Shown: piece by piece, positions 1-12,164 of the stretch
Position numbering within the stretch: the stretch's first letter is position 1
Layout: the number at the start of each line of letters is the position of its first letter
NCBI GenBank assembly: GCA_038087875.1
Contig: CM075990.1
Span: 2,544,001 to 2,608,000 of the forward strand
Direction: 5' to 3'
Source of the DNA: Malacoraja senta
Taxonomy: Eukaryota
DNA length: 64,000 bases
Program-made: the position numbers and the translations under genes
Notes under the pieces: model-generated
Database searches by the model: none
What the model saw: only the letters and a program-made list of their open reading frames with translations
What the model was told of the DNA's origin: nothing

Positions 1-409
1 CCTTTGCATGAAGTGACTCCACGCCAATCTCCACATCCTGAATACTTTAGTTTATACCCCCACGGTAAGAATAACAGGAAGGTAATTTTCAATTTCTCCG
101 CTCGCTATGCTTCCATTAAGTCTCCAGGGCTCCAAGCCGTTTTCACAGTCATGTTTTCTAATCTGCGCCCTGAGATTCAGAAGCGGATTTGTTTTTCTGC
201 AACTGAATAAGTGCTTCAGCCACAAAGGATTGGACGGAAATTGACAATGACAGATGTAGAATACAATTTCATAAAACTCCTCTGAGCCTTCCATTTTATA
301 ATTCACTACCACCCCCAATTGCAGCGCCACCCTCCAACGTTCCCTTTGTCTTGTACATGTCATAGAATACTGTCATTTCTTTGAAGCATTCTTCAGCGAG
401 GGATAATTG

Positions 410-1160
410 CACTGCCTCGGCAAGGCCAACAGCATAATCAAGGATGGATCGCACCCTGGCCACTCCCTCTTCTCCCCTCTCCCATCAGGCAAAAGGAATA
501 GAAGCGTGAAAACGCACACCTCCAGATTCAGGGACAGTTTCTTCCCAGCTGTTATCAGGCAACTGAACCATCCTACCACAACCAGAGAGCGGTCCTGAAC
601 TACTTTCTACCTCATTGGTGACCCTCGGACTGTCTTTGATTGGACCTTGCTGGCTTTACCTTGCCACTAAACGTTATTCCCTTATCGTGAATCTGTACAC
701 TGTAAATGGCTCGATGGTAATCATGCTAGATGCAGGAAAGGCTAGATGTAGGGAAAATGTTCCCGAAGCTGGGGGAGTCCAGAACCAGGGGTCACAGTTT
801 AAGAATAAGGGGTAGGCCATTTAGAGCTGAGATGAGGAAAAACTCTTTCACCCAGAGAGTTATGAATCCATGCTACAGAAGGCAGTGGAGGCCGATTCAC
901 TGGATGTTTTCAAGAGAGAGTTAGATATAGCGCTTAGGGCTAAGGGAATCAAGGGATATGGGGGAGAAAGGAGGAACGGGGTACTGATTTTGGATGATCA
1001 GCCATGATCATATTGAATGGTTCGAAGGGCCAAAGGGCCTACTCATGCACCTATTGTCTATGTTTCTATGTTTCTATGTATTGTCTTTCCGCTGACTTGT
1101 TAGCGTGCAACAAAAGCTTTTCACTCTACCTCGGTACACGTGACAATAAGCTGAGCTGAA
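410..1160 (+). mobile_element. Rex1/Babar-like LINE 3' fragment, interrupted by a CR1 3' end
   Basis: Translates to CLGKANSIIKDGSHPGHSLFSPLPSGKRNRSVKTHTSRFRDSFFPAVIRQLN. The 3'UTR resumes after about 1080 and ends cacgtgacaataa. Confidence 0.7.
724..1080 (+). mobile_element. CR1/HER1 LINE 3' fragment
   Basis: MFPKLGESRTRGHSLRIRG motif, CR1 3'UTR and (ctatgttt)n tail. Confidence 0.85.
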
Positions 1161-1512
1161 CTGTACGGGATGGTCGCTGAGGGGATGCCTGGCTCAGGTT
1201 GGGAACTCGTCAAACAAAATAAAAAAACTTTGTTTGAACCCTGATGAAGATCTGATGACAGATAAGTTGCCTAGCATTTAGATCTGCCTTGAGTATGGGT
1301 AAAGACTGTGAAATCAAAGGCTAGCCACGAGGTCGCCAAAAATAATACCTTCATTTGAAGATCTTCTGGTAATTGTTCTCAGGTTGTCTCTCTATTGCCC
1401 AGGTCAGACCTCAAGATGAACTTGCCTGCGAGCCGCCTTAAATGTTTGTAATCTACCTGGTGAATGTGATCCTGCAGACTCAGAGACAGGCAACCCAAGA
1501 CATTGATCCAGT

Positions 1513-1695
1513 TAGACAAAAATTCTGGAGAAACTCAGCGGGTGCGGCAGCATCTATGGAGCGAAGGAAATAGGCAACGTTTCGCCCGAAACGTTGCCGA
1601 TTTCCTTCGCCCCATAGACGCTGCCGCACCTGCTGAGTTTCTCCAACATTTTTGTCTACCTTCGATTTTCCAGCATCTGCAGTTCCTTCTTGAAC
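1513..1695. mobile_element. Penelope-like terminal sequence arranged as an inverted repeat
   Basis: tagacaaaa...aggcaacgtttcg followed by its reverse complement cgaaacgttgcc...tttgtcta. Confidence 0.6.
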
Positions 1696-2333
1696 ATATT
1701 GATCCGGTTGCTGTCCACGGGCGCCCTGGGCGATTTCCGGGACCGCTGGGCACCGCGGGGATGGAATGCATCCTGGACAAGGAGAGCAATGTAGCTGTAT
1801 AACAGTTCATTTCGTAGTGTTGCTTGTCGTGGATTATGGTGGTGGGTTCTGTTTTGTTTAATTGTACTGTAAATATTATTTTTAATAATTGAATACAATT
1901 TTTGATTAAAAAATAGACATTAAAAAAAAAGATATTGATCCAGTGATGATGGAAAAATGACCAACAATATTACCTAGGCAGGATGGAAGATAGAACCCAG
2001 AACAGTATAGTACAAGAACAGGCCCTTCGGCCCACAATGTCTGTGCTGAACATGATGGCCATCTCCTCTTATCTGAAGGTCTCGACTTGAAACATCATAT
2101 ATTCCTTTTCTCCAGAGATTCTGTCTGAGCTGCTGAGTTACTGCAGCTTTTTGTGTCTATCTTCCCTCTCTTATCTATTTGTACATAATCCATCCCTCCA
2201 TATCCATGTGCCTATTCAAAAGCCTCTTAAATTCTTTGCCAGTGAAGGCCAAGTCAATGGATATTTTTAAGGCAGAGATAAATAGATTCTTTATTAGTAC
2301 GGGTTTTGGGGAGAAGGCAGGAGAATAGGGTTC

Positions 2334-2843
2334 GATTTGGACAGTCATGGTGGAGCTGTGGTAGATGGGGATAGATCTGGACAGTCATGGTGGCCCTGTG
2401 GTAGATGGGGATAGATTTGGACAGTCATGGTGGCCCTGTGGTAGATGGGGATAGATTTGGACAGTCATGGTGGCCCTGTGGTAGATGGGGATAGATTTGG
2501 ACAGTCATGGTGACGCTGTGGTAGATGGGGATAGATTTGGACAGTCATGGTGGCCCTGTGGTAGATGGGGATAGATTTGGACAGTCATGGTGACGCTGTG
2601 GTAGATGGGGATAGATTTGGACAGTCACGGTGGCCCTGTGGTAGATGGGGATAGATTTGGACAGTCATGGTGGCCCTGTGGTAGATGGGGATAGATTTGG
2701 ACAGTCATGGTGGCCCTGTGGTAGATGGGGATAGATTTGGACAGTCATGGTGACGCTGTGGTAGATGGGGATAGATTTGGACAGTCATGGTGACGCTGTG
2801 GTAGATGGGGATAGATTTGGACAGTCACGGGGGTGCAGCGGTA
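2334..2843. repeat. 40-bp minisatellite, about 12.5 copies
   Basis: Unit gatttggacagtcatggtggccctgtggtagatggggata recurs every 40 bp from 2334 to 2814, with two interleaved variants. Confidence 0.97.
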
Positions 2844-2849
2844 GGTCGG

Positions 2850-3775
2850 GTCACTCCCTGGCCACTCCCTCCTCTCCACTCTCCCATCAGCCAAAAGGTA
2901 TAGAAGCGTGAAAACGCACACCTCCAGATTCAGGGACAGTTTCTTCCCCCCGCTGTTATCAGTCAACTGAACCATCCCATCACCAACTCGAGAGCAGTCA
3001 AAGTCAAAGTCAATTTTATTCGTCACATCCACCCGAAGGCGCAGTGAAATGAATTTGCCAGCAGCGATACACTTTAAAAAAGAACACACAATACACAATA
3101 GAATTTAACACAAACATCCACCACAGCATTCTTCACTGTGGTGGAAAGCACAAAGTTCGGTCAGTCCTCCTCCTTTGTTCATCCGTGGTCGGTGCCATGA
3201 ACTCTCCATAGTCACCGCTACGGACGGCCGGATGTACAGGCCCTCTCGTCAGGGCCTGATGATCAAAACTCCGACGTCGGGACGGTCAAACACACTCCGC
3301 GGCTTGGAATGCCCAAATCGACACTTTCCTACTGGAGACCGCGGCTTCAGGATGTTATAGGCCGCAGGCCGGCGGTCGGAACTCTTCTCTGGCGATCCCC
3401 GGCAAGGAATCCCAGGCTCCGGATGGTAAGTCCACTCCCTGCCCGCTGCTAGAAGCTCCGCAGACCACAGCCCCATGATGCCAAAGTCACCAGGCCACCG
3501 ATCGGAGCACTCCTTCCTGGCGACCCCCGGCAAGGGTTCACCAGCTCCACGATGGAAAAGTCTGAGATATCCTGATCTACAACCTACCTCATTGGAGACC
3601 CTTGGACTATCTTTAATCAGACTTTACTGGATTTTTTCTTGCGCTAAATGTTATTCCCCTCATCATGTATCTGTACACTATGGACGGCTCGCTTGTAATC
3701 ATGTATTGTCATTCCACCGACTGGTTAGCACGCAACAAAAAGCATTTCACTGAGACAATAAACTAAACTAAACTA
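2850..3775 (+). mobile_element. Rex1-like LINE 3' fragment split by a GC-rich insertion
   Basis: HSLLSTLPSAKRYRSVKTHTSRFRDSFF motif before 2997. The 3'UTR resumes near 3570 and ends (aaact)n. Confidence 0.65.
2998..3565 (-). mobile_element. GC-rich non-autonomous retroposon, 5'-truncated copy
   Basis: Closely similar to 12281-12840. Has a (tttgac)n tail on the minus strand and the stem-loop tccaccacagcattcttcactgtggtgga. Confidence 0.6.
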
Positions 3776-3976
3776 AGAAACAGTTCCTGAACCTGGAGGT
3801 CACTGTTTTTGGACTCTTCCTTCCTCATGGATGGAGTGAAATGAGAGTGTGGCCAAGGTGGTGTGGGTCTTTGATGATGCTCTCTTGACTCTTGTCTCTT
3901 GGAATAAACAGAGGTAGGGTTACAAGGGGCAGTACTGATACTCTGGCTCCCAATCAGTTCGAGTCCAAATTCATAC

Positions 3977-4270
3977 TTTAGTTTAGTTTGGAGAAACAGT
4001 GCAGAAACAGGCCTTTTGGCCCCTGCGCCGACCAGCGATCCCCGCACATTGACACCACCCTGCACACACTAGTGACAATTGTTACATCTACAAACCTGTA
4101 CGTCTTTGGAGTGTGAGAGGAAACCGAAGATCTCGGAGAAAACCCAAGCGTTTACAGGGAGAAAGTACAAACTCCGTACAGGCAGCACCCGTAGTCAGGA
4201 TCGAACCCGGGTCTCCGGTGCTGTAAGCGTTGTAAGGCAGCAACTCTACCGCTGCGCCACAGAGCCGCCA
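3977..4270 (-). mobile_element. HE1-type V-SINE
   Basis: tRNA-like head (A/B boxes, ggttcgatcc), V-domain and (aaact)n tail. Confidence 0.85.
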
Positions 4271-4582
4271 CATAGGTTTAGGTTTGTGTTTATCATTGTC
4301 ACGTACGTACCAAGGTACAGGGAAACCTTCAGTTTTGCACACTCACAATGTGTGTCAGCTTTTTACAGTCCTGGTCGGGTTGCTTCAGGCTGGAGCAGTG
4401 AGATTTTACACTCCAGATATTGTCCTGCTCATTCCCCGATCTGGTAACAGTTTCAATGGAACCTTTCTCAAGGGAAACGGACACTTAATTGAAAAGGGAC
4501 ACATTTGCCAGGCGATGGGGAAGAAGTGAGGAGTGGGACGAATCTGTCACTGCTTGAAACTTTCTTTCAACCTGTAATCAAG

Positions 4583-4800
4583 TTTAGTTTCGATTAGTTT
4601 AGAGATATGGCACGGAAACAGGCCCTTCCCCAAATACTAGCTCTATCTGACACACGCTAGGGACAATTTACATTTATACCAAACCAATTAACCTACAAAC
4701 CTGTACGTCTTTGGAGTGTGGGAGGAAACCGAAGATCTCAGAGAAAACCCACGCAGGTCACGGGGAGAACGTGCAAACTCTGTACAGACAGCACCCATTA
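4583..4800 (-). mobile_element. HE1-type V-SINE, partial
   Basis: V-domain and tail present; head missing. Confidence 0.75.
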
Positions 4801-4837
4801 ACTCAGCATCAGATGGTAATCTTACTGAAGATGCGGC

Positions 4838-5130
4838 TGGCACAGTGGCACAGCAGTTGTGTTGGCGCCTCACAGCGCCAGAGACCCTGGTTCGATCCAG
4901 ACCACGGGTGCTTGTCTGTGCAGAGTTTGTACGTTCTCCCCGTGACCTGTGTGGGCTTTCTCCGGGTGCTCTGTGTTCCTCCCGCACTCCAAAGACGTGC
5001 AGGTTTGTAGGTGAATAAGTTGAAATTGTATCTTGTCCCTGGCGTGTAGGATAGCACGAGTGTACGGGGTGATCACTGGTTGGCGCGGGATCGCTGTTTC
5101 TGCACTGCATCGCTCAAGTCTAAAGTCTAA
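4838..5130 (+). mobile_element. HE1-type V-SINE
   Basis: ggcacagtggcacagc...ggttcgatcc head and V-domain gagtttgtacgttctccccgtg. Confidence 0.8.
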
Positions 5131-5134
5131 GATG

Positions 5135-5620
5135 TGTCAGACACATGCCGACATCATCATCTGGATCATTAGTAAAATAGACAAACGCAGATTCATTAAC
5201 AATTTACAATATCTCGAGGTGCAAAGTGCGTCATTAAATGCTCGTGTGAAGAGTATAAATATAATGTCCTATCAGAATGAAAACAAAGCAGAGTTTAAGG
5301 TCTAATTAGCAGCGATCCTTATTGTCCCAGTGCGGAGAAGCATTCTGACATTATCAAACACCAGTGATTAAAATGACATAAATATGCTCATCTCGGCCAG
5401 GGCAAGTGAAAGGTAAAATAATTCCCTTCATTAGCACAATGCAACAGAATTCATGCCAATAAAAAGCAATTGCTTAGAATTTGGAATTCACAACCGGAGT
5501 ACTAAAACAGGGTCATATTCAGTGTCAATGTCAAATTGCATCCTGTGCAAGTATTGTGACATTTTAGTGAAAGGATGTTGAACACAGGGTTAGAGTGGTT
5601 TAAAACCCCAAACAAGTGCA
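5135..5620. promoter_or_regulatory. Candidate conserved non-coding element
   Basis: Repeat-free AT-rich island with several TAAT/ATTA cores (ctaattag, gtgattaaa, cattag). Inference only. Confidence 0.3.
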
Positions 5621-5629
5621 GCGTTTGAT

Positions 5630-6050
5630 GCCACTGGGCCTGTACTCGCTGGAGATTAGGAGGATGAGGGGGAACCTCAATGAAACTCACCGAATAGTGA
5701 AAAGCCTGGATAGAGTGGTTGTGGAGAGGATGCTTCCACTAGTGGGAGAGTCTAGGACCACAGGTCATAGACTCAGAATAAAAGAACGTTCCTTGAGGAA
5801 GGAGATGAGGAGGAATTTCTTTAGTCAGAGGGTGGTGAATCTGTGAAATTCATTGCCACAGGCGGCTGTGGAGGCCAAGTCAATGGATATTTTAAATACA
5901 GAGATAGATAGATTCTTGATTAGTACGGGCATCAGGGGTTATGGGGAGAAGGCAGGAGAATGGGGTTGAGAGGGAAAGATAGATCAGCCATGATTGAATG
6001 CTAGAGTAGACTTGATGGGCTGAATGGCCTAATTCTGCTCCTATCACTTA
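5630..6050 (+). mobile_element. CR1/HER1 LINE 3' fragment
   Basis: LGLYSLEIRRMRGNL...RRNFFSQRVVNL followed by the CR1 3'UTR. Confidence 0.85.
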
Positions 6051-6143
6051 TGAAAGAGAACGAGTCCAGACCTGACAAAGCCCAATACAATGGTCTACAC
6101 TTTGCCACAATTCAAAGTAATGCATGCCTTTTGGATGTCAAAT

Positions 6144-6457
6144 GTTTAGTTTATTTAGTTTGTAGATATAGTGTTGAAACAGGCCCTTCAGCCCACCAAA
6201 TGCGTGCCGACCTACGATCCCCGCATACTAGCACTGTCCTACACACTGGGGACAATTTGCAATTTTTACTGAAGCCACTTAACCTACAAATCTGTACGTC
6301 TTTGGAGCGTGGGAGGAAACCGGAGCTCCTGGAGAAAATGTACGCAGGTCACGGGGAGAACGTGCAAACTCCGTACGGATAGCATCCATAGTCAGGGTGG
6401 AACCCGGGTCTCTGGCGCTGAGAGGCAGCAACTCTACCGCTGCGCCACCGTGCTGCC
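6144..6457 (-). mobile_element. HE1-type V-SINE
   Basis: Complete head, V-domain and tail. Confidence 0.85.
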
Positions 6458-7149
6458 TAACAAATGGCATCAGGGGGGTGTACCATCGATTGGTACAGGC
6501 AGCCTGACGAGCTCTCACTTCGACCCGATCAGCCCAGCCGGCTCAGACTGAAAGCCATTTGTTTGACTGCACTGCTGCCGGCTTCCAAGTGTTTGATGTG
6601 CACAGAAGGCAGAGCTGGAGACTTGGGCCAGGTCCAAGCCTGAGATCTCTCTCTCCCCACAGGTGGGCAGCCTCCCTGCTGCTTCCTCATGATGTTTCAG
6701 AGTCAGCTCACCTTCTGGAACCAGCGCTGTGTTTCAGAAATAAACGTATCTCATTTATGTGACAACTCAGCCTGGGGGCAATGGAGTGACAGTAGCTTAG
6801 TCTAGTTCCGGCTTAGTTTAGAAATTCAGCGCGGAAACAGGATTCGGGCCAGTTTACTATAGTTTAGTTTGGAGATACAGCGCGGAAACAGGCCCTTCGG
6901 CCCACCGAGTCCGCGCCGACCAGCGATCCCCGTCCACTTGCACTATCCTGCTCACACCAGGGACAAATTAGTCAAGAGTCAAGAGAGTTTTATTGCCATA
7001 TGTCCCGGATGGGACAATGAAATTCTTACTTGCTGCGGCACAACAGAATATGTGAATATGTAAACATTGTATATAACGGGGGGGAAGTTCAATAAATAAC
7101 AAATATAGTGCAAATAACAAATAATAATATAGACTGTTGCAGTTCAGAG

Positions 7150-7318
7150 CTCAAAGCTTATTCAATGTTGTGTTTAATAGCCTGATGGCTGTGGGGGAGT
7201 AGCTATTCCTGATCCTGGATGTTACAGTTTTCAGGCTCCTGTACCTTCTTCCTGATGGAAGTGGTGAGATGAGTTTGTGGCCAGGATGGTGTGGGTCCTT
7301 GATGATTTGGGCTGCCTT
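7150..7318 (-). mobile_element. Rex1-like LINE fragment
   Basis: KAAQIIKDPHHPGHKLISPLPSGRRYRSLKTVTSRIRNSYSPTAIRLLN. Confidence 0.7.
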
Positions 7319-8174
7319 TGTTGCCAAGCCAACAAACCAACAAATTGTACGTCTATTGGAGTGTGGGAGGAAACCGGAGATCCCGGAGAAAACCCACACG
7401 GTCACAGGGCGAACGTATGACACTCCGTATAGACAGCACCGGTAGTCAGGATCGAACCGGGGTCTCTGGCGCTGCAAGGCAGCAGCTCTACCGCTTTACA
7501 GCAGCTCCACTTTCTATGGTAGCTCTGATACTTTGTTGTCACAGGTACCTATGCACAGCAGGTTGCTTTGATTTGCGTCCAACCCAGGAAGATCCTACAG
7601 CAGACCTCACCTCGGCAGTACTCAAGTGTCGCCATGTTTTGGCACCAGGAAAGTTACAGAGGTTCACATCCATGGACGAAGCACGACCTGTTTTTAAAGT
7701 TGATATGTGTAGGAAGAAACTGCAGATGCTGGTCTAAACCGAAGATGGACACAAACATCTGGAGTAACTCAGCAGGACAGTTGATATTTCAGCCTGTTGG
7801 GTCAATGAAATATAATATTGCCGCGTAACCTAGTGTTGCTGCCTGGTGGGGCATGGAAATTGTAGGTCCCCCCTGTGGAGAGATTTAAACTCAGGTTTAT
7901 AGATTGTCGCTGTACCATTACTCTACGCAAGGGGCACCACTGATTGGATACACAACTTAACGTAACTTACCACTGGACAAGGCAAATCAAGCATTGGGTT
8001 TCATTTGATGAATTAAAAAGCAGAGAGGTTATAACACCTAGAACTTTGTTAGACCACAACAAGAGCACTGTGAACAGCTCCGATTATTTACAAGGATGCC
8101 AACAAATTGGAAAGGGAAGACCATGAAGAGTGTAGACTGGTGCTTGAACGCTGCTGAAGATGCCAACTACACAC

Positions 8175-8645
8175 TATTCTTGCTATTGAGGCAGCGTAGA
8201 TTCACAAGGTTAATTCCCGGGAATACTCTGCAATTTAGAAGGATGAGAGGGTATCTTATTGAAACATAAAAGATTATTAAGGGTTTCAACATGCTAGAGG
8301 CAGGAAACATGTTCCCGATGTAGGGGGAGTCCAGAAACAGGGGCCACAGTTTAACAATAAGGGGTAAGGCATTTAGAATGGTGATGAGGAAACACTTTTT
8401 CACCCAGAGAGTTGTGAGTCTGTGGAATTCTCTGCCTCAGAGGGCGGTGGAGGCCGGTTCTCTGGATACTTTCAAGAGAGAGCTAGATAGGGCTCTTAAA
8501 GATAGCGGAGTCAGGGGATATGGGGAGAAGGCAGGAACGGGGTACTGATTGGGGATGATCAGGCATGATCACATTGAATGGCGGTGCTGGCTCGAAGGGC
8601 TGAATGGCCTACTCCTGCACCTATTGTCTATTGTCTATTGTCTAT
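8175..8645 (+). mobile_element. CR1 LINE 3' fragment
   Basis: Decayed C-terminal CR1 ORF2 and (ctattgt)n tail. Confidence 0.85.
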
Positions 8646-8674
8646 TGACCTGCTCGTCTTTACCGGGGGGAAAT

Positions 8675-9030
8675 CAAAAGGCCTGGATAGAGTGGATGTG
8701 GAGAGAATGTTTCCACTAGTGGGCGAGTCCAGGACCTGAGGCCACAGCCTGAGCATTAAAGGACGTTCCTTCAGGAAGGAGATGAGGAGGAGTTTCTTGT
8801 CACAGGGTGGTGAATCTGTGGAATTCATTGCCACAGGTGGCTTTGGAGGCCAAGTCAATGGACATTTTTAAGGCGGGGAGAGATAAATTCTTGATCAGTA
8901 CGGGTGTCACAGGTTATGGGGAGAAGGCAGGAGAATGGGGTTAAGAGGGAGAGATAGATCAGCCATGATTGAATGTCGGAGTAGACTTGATGGGCCATAT
9001 GGCTTGATTCTGGTCTCATCACTTAAGTAT
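8675..9030 (+). mobile_element. CR1 LINE 3' fragment, second subfamily
   Basis: Similar to 5700-6050. Confidence 0.8.
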
Positions 9031-9049
9031 TTATGAACTTTACTTAAGG

Positions 9050-10492
9050 ACAATGTTATCCCACTTTTTAAGAAAGGCGGGAGAGAGAAAACAGGGAATT
9101 ATAGACCAGTTAGCCTGACATCGGTATTGGGGAAGATGCTGGAGTCAATTACAAAAGATGAAATAGCCGCACATTTGGATAGCAGTAACAGGATCGGTCC
9201 GAGTCAGCATGGATTTACGAAGGGGAAATCATGCTTGACTAATCTTCTGGAATTTTTTGAGGATGTAACTAGGAAAATGGACAAGGGAGAGTCAGTGGAT
9301 GTAGTGTACCTGGACTTTCAGAAAGCATTTGATAAGGTCCCACATAGGATAATAGGGTGCAAAATTAGGGCACATGACATTGGGGGTAGAGTGCTGACAT
9401 GGATAGAAAATTGGTTGGCAGACACAAAACAAAGAGTAGGGATTAACAGGTCCCTTTCAGAATGGCAGGCAGTGACTAGTGGGGAACCGTAAGGCTCGGT
9501 GCTGGGACCGCAGCTATTTACAATATACATCAATGATTTAGATGGATTCAAAGTAACATTAGCAAATTTGCAGATGACACAAAGCTGGGTGGCAGTGTGA
9601 ACTCTGAGGAGGATGCTATGAGAATGTAGGGTGAGTTGGACAGGTTGGGTGAGTGGGCGGATGCATGGCAGATGCAGTTTAATGTGGATAAATGTGAGGT
9701 TATCCACTTTGGTAGCAAAAACAGGCAGGTTATTATCTAAATGGTATCAAGTTGGGAAAAGGGGAAGTACAACGGGATCGGGGGGGGGGTCCTTGTTCAT
9801 CAGTCAATGAAAGTAAGCATGCAGGTACAGCTGGCAGTGAAGAAAGCAAATGGCATGTTGGCCTTGATATCAAGAGGATTTGAGTATAGGAGCAAAGAGG
9901 TCCTTCTGCAGTTGTACAGGGCCCTAGTGAGACCACACCTGGAGTATTGTGTGCAGTTTTGGTCCCCTAATTTGAGGAAGGACATTCTTGCTATTGAGGG
10001 AGTGCAGCGTAGGTTTACAAGGTTAATTCCGGGGAGGGCGGGACTGTCATATGCTGAGAGAATGGAGCGGCTGTACACTCTGGAGTTTAGAAGGATGAGG
10101 GGATATCTTATTGAAACATATAAGATTATTAAGGGTTTGGACACGCAAGAGGCAGGAAACATGTTCCCGATGTTGGGGGAGTCCAGAATCAGGGGCCACA
10201 CTTTAAGAATAAGGAGTAAGCCATTTAGAATGGAGATGAGGAAACACTTTTTCACACAGAGAGTGGTGAGGCTGTGGAATTCTCTGCCTCAGAGGGCAGT
10301 GGAGGCTGGTTCTCTGGATACTTTCAAGAGAGAGTTAGATAGGGTTCTTAAAGATAGCGGAGTCAGGGGATATGGGGTGAAGGCAGGAATGGGGTACTGA
10401 TTGGGGATGATCAGCCATGATCACATTGAATGGCGGTGCTGGTTTGAAGGGCCGAATGGCCTAATCCTGCGCCCATTGTCTATTGTCTATTG
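9050..10492 (+). pseudogene. CR1 LINE ORF2 reverse transcriptase, frameshifted and 5'-truncated
   Basis: NYRPVSLTS, QHGFTKGKSCLTNLLEF, VYLDFQKAFDKVPH, SKFADDTKL and RPHLEYCVQFWSP motifs, broken by stops and frameshifts; (ctattgt)n tail. Confidence 0.92.
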
Positions 10493-10544
10493 AACTGAAT
10501 AACAGGTAATTCTTCATACTTTAAGGTCACACCTCCAGCCATAG

Positions 10545-10815
10545 TGATGCAGCGTCAGAGACCCAGGTTCGATCCTGACTACAGGTGCTGTCTGTACGGA
10601 GTTTGCACGTTCTCCCCGTGTCCTGCGTGGGTTTTTTCTGGGAGCTCCGGTTTCTTCCCACACTCCAAAGATGTACAGGTTTGTAGGTTAATTGGTAAAA
10701 CATTGTAAATTGTCCATGGTGTGCAGCATAGTGCTAGTGTACAGGGATCACTGGTCGGTGCGGATCCGGTTGTCCGAAGTGCTCTTTTCCATGTTGTATC
10801 CAGAAACCAAAACTA
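10545..10815 (+). mobile_element. HE1-type V-SINE
   Basis: B box ggttcgatcc, V-domain and tail. Confidence 0.8.
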
Positions 10816-11024
10816 TAGGAAGGTGAGTGAAATGAATGAAAGATGAACGGAGAAGGGGTTTGAGGTAAATGGATGAAATGTGGGCAAATGGGACTAGCAT
10901 AGACGGGCATCATGGTCTGTATGGATGAGTTGGGCCGAAGGGCCTGTGTCTGTGGTGTGTGATCAATGACTCTATGACTGAAAGTGGGATTGGAGAAGAT
11001 AAAATACAGTACAATACAGTACAC

Positions 11025-12132
11025 TACATAGAAACATAGAAACATAGAAACATAGAAACATAGAAACATAGAAAATAGGTGCAGGAGTAGGCCATTCGGC
11101 CCTTCGAGCCTGTACCGCCATTCAATATGATCATGGCTGATCATCCAACTCAGTATCCTGTACCTGCCTTCTCTCCATACCCCCTGATCTCTTTAGCCAC
11201 AAGGGCCACATCTAACTCCCTCTTAAATATAGCCAATGAACTGGCATCAACTACCTTCTGTGGCAGAGAGTTCCAGAGATTCACCACTCTCTGTGTGAAT
11301 TTTTTTTTTCTCATCTCGGTCCTAAAAGATTTCCCCGTTATCCTTAAACTGTGACCCCTTGTTCTGGACTTCCCTAACATCGGGAACAATCTTTCTGCAT
11401 CTAGCCTGTCCAACCCCTTAAGAATTTTGTAAGTTTCTATGAGATCCCCCCTCAATCTTCTAAATTCTAGCGAGTACAAGCCAAGTCTATCCAGTCTTTC
11501 TTCATATGAAAGTCCTGGCATCCCAGGAATCAGTCTGGTGAACCTTCTCTGTACTCCCTCTATGGCAAGAATGTCTTTCCTCAGATTAGGAGACTGTACG
11601 AAATACTCCAGGTGTGGTCTCACCAAGACCCTGTACAACTGCAGTAGAACCTCCCTGCTCCTATACTCAAATCCTTTTGCTATGAATGCTAACATACCAT
11701 TCGCTTTCTTCACTGCCTGCTGCACCTGCATGCCTACTTTCAATGACTGGTGTACCATGACACCCAGGTCTCGTTGCATCTCCCCTTTTCCTAATCGGCC
11801 ACCATTCAGATAATAGTCTGCTTTCCTGTTTTTGCCACCAAAGTGGATAACCTCACATTTATCCACATTATACTGCATCTGCCATGCATTTGCCCACTCA
11901 CCCAGCCTATCCAAGTCACCTTGCAGCCTCCTAGCATCCTCCTCACAGCTAACACTGCCCCCCAGCTTCGTGTCATCCGCAAACTTGGAGATGTTGCATT
12001 CAATTCCCTCGTCCAAATCATTAATATATATTGTAAATAGCTGGGGTCCCAGCACCGAGCCTTGCGGTACCCCACTAGTCACTGCCTGCCATTCTGAAAT
12101 GGACCCGTTTACTCCTACTTTTTGCTTCCTGT
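11025..12132 (-). mobile_element. Young CR1 LINE, 5'-truncated, with open RT ORF (11150-12132)
   Basis: GVPQGSVLGPQLF, SKFADDTKL through to GEKAGTGY*; (ctatgttt)n tail at 11025-11072. Confidence 0.95.
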
Positions 12133-12164
12133 CTACAATACAGTACAATACAATACAGTACAAT

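Noticed and set aside
2334..2843. Possible CRISPR array
   Set aside because: The units are contiguous with no unique spacers, there are no cas genes, and the context is vertebrate.
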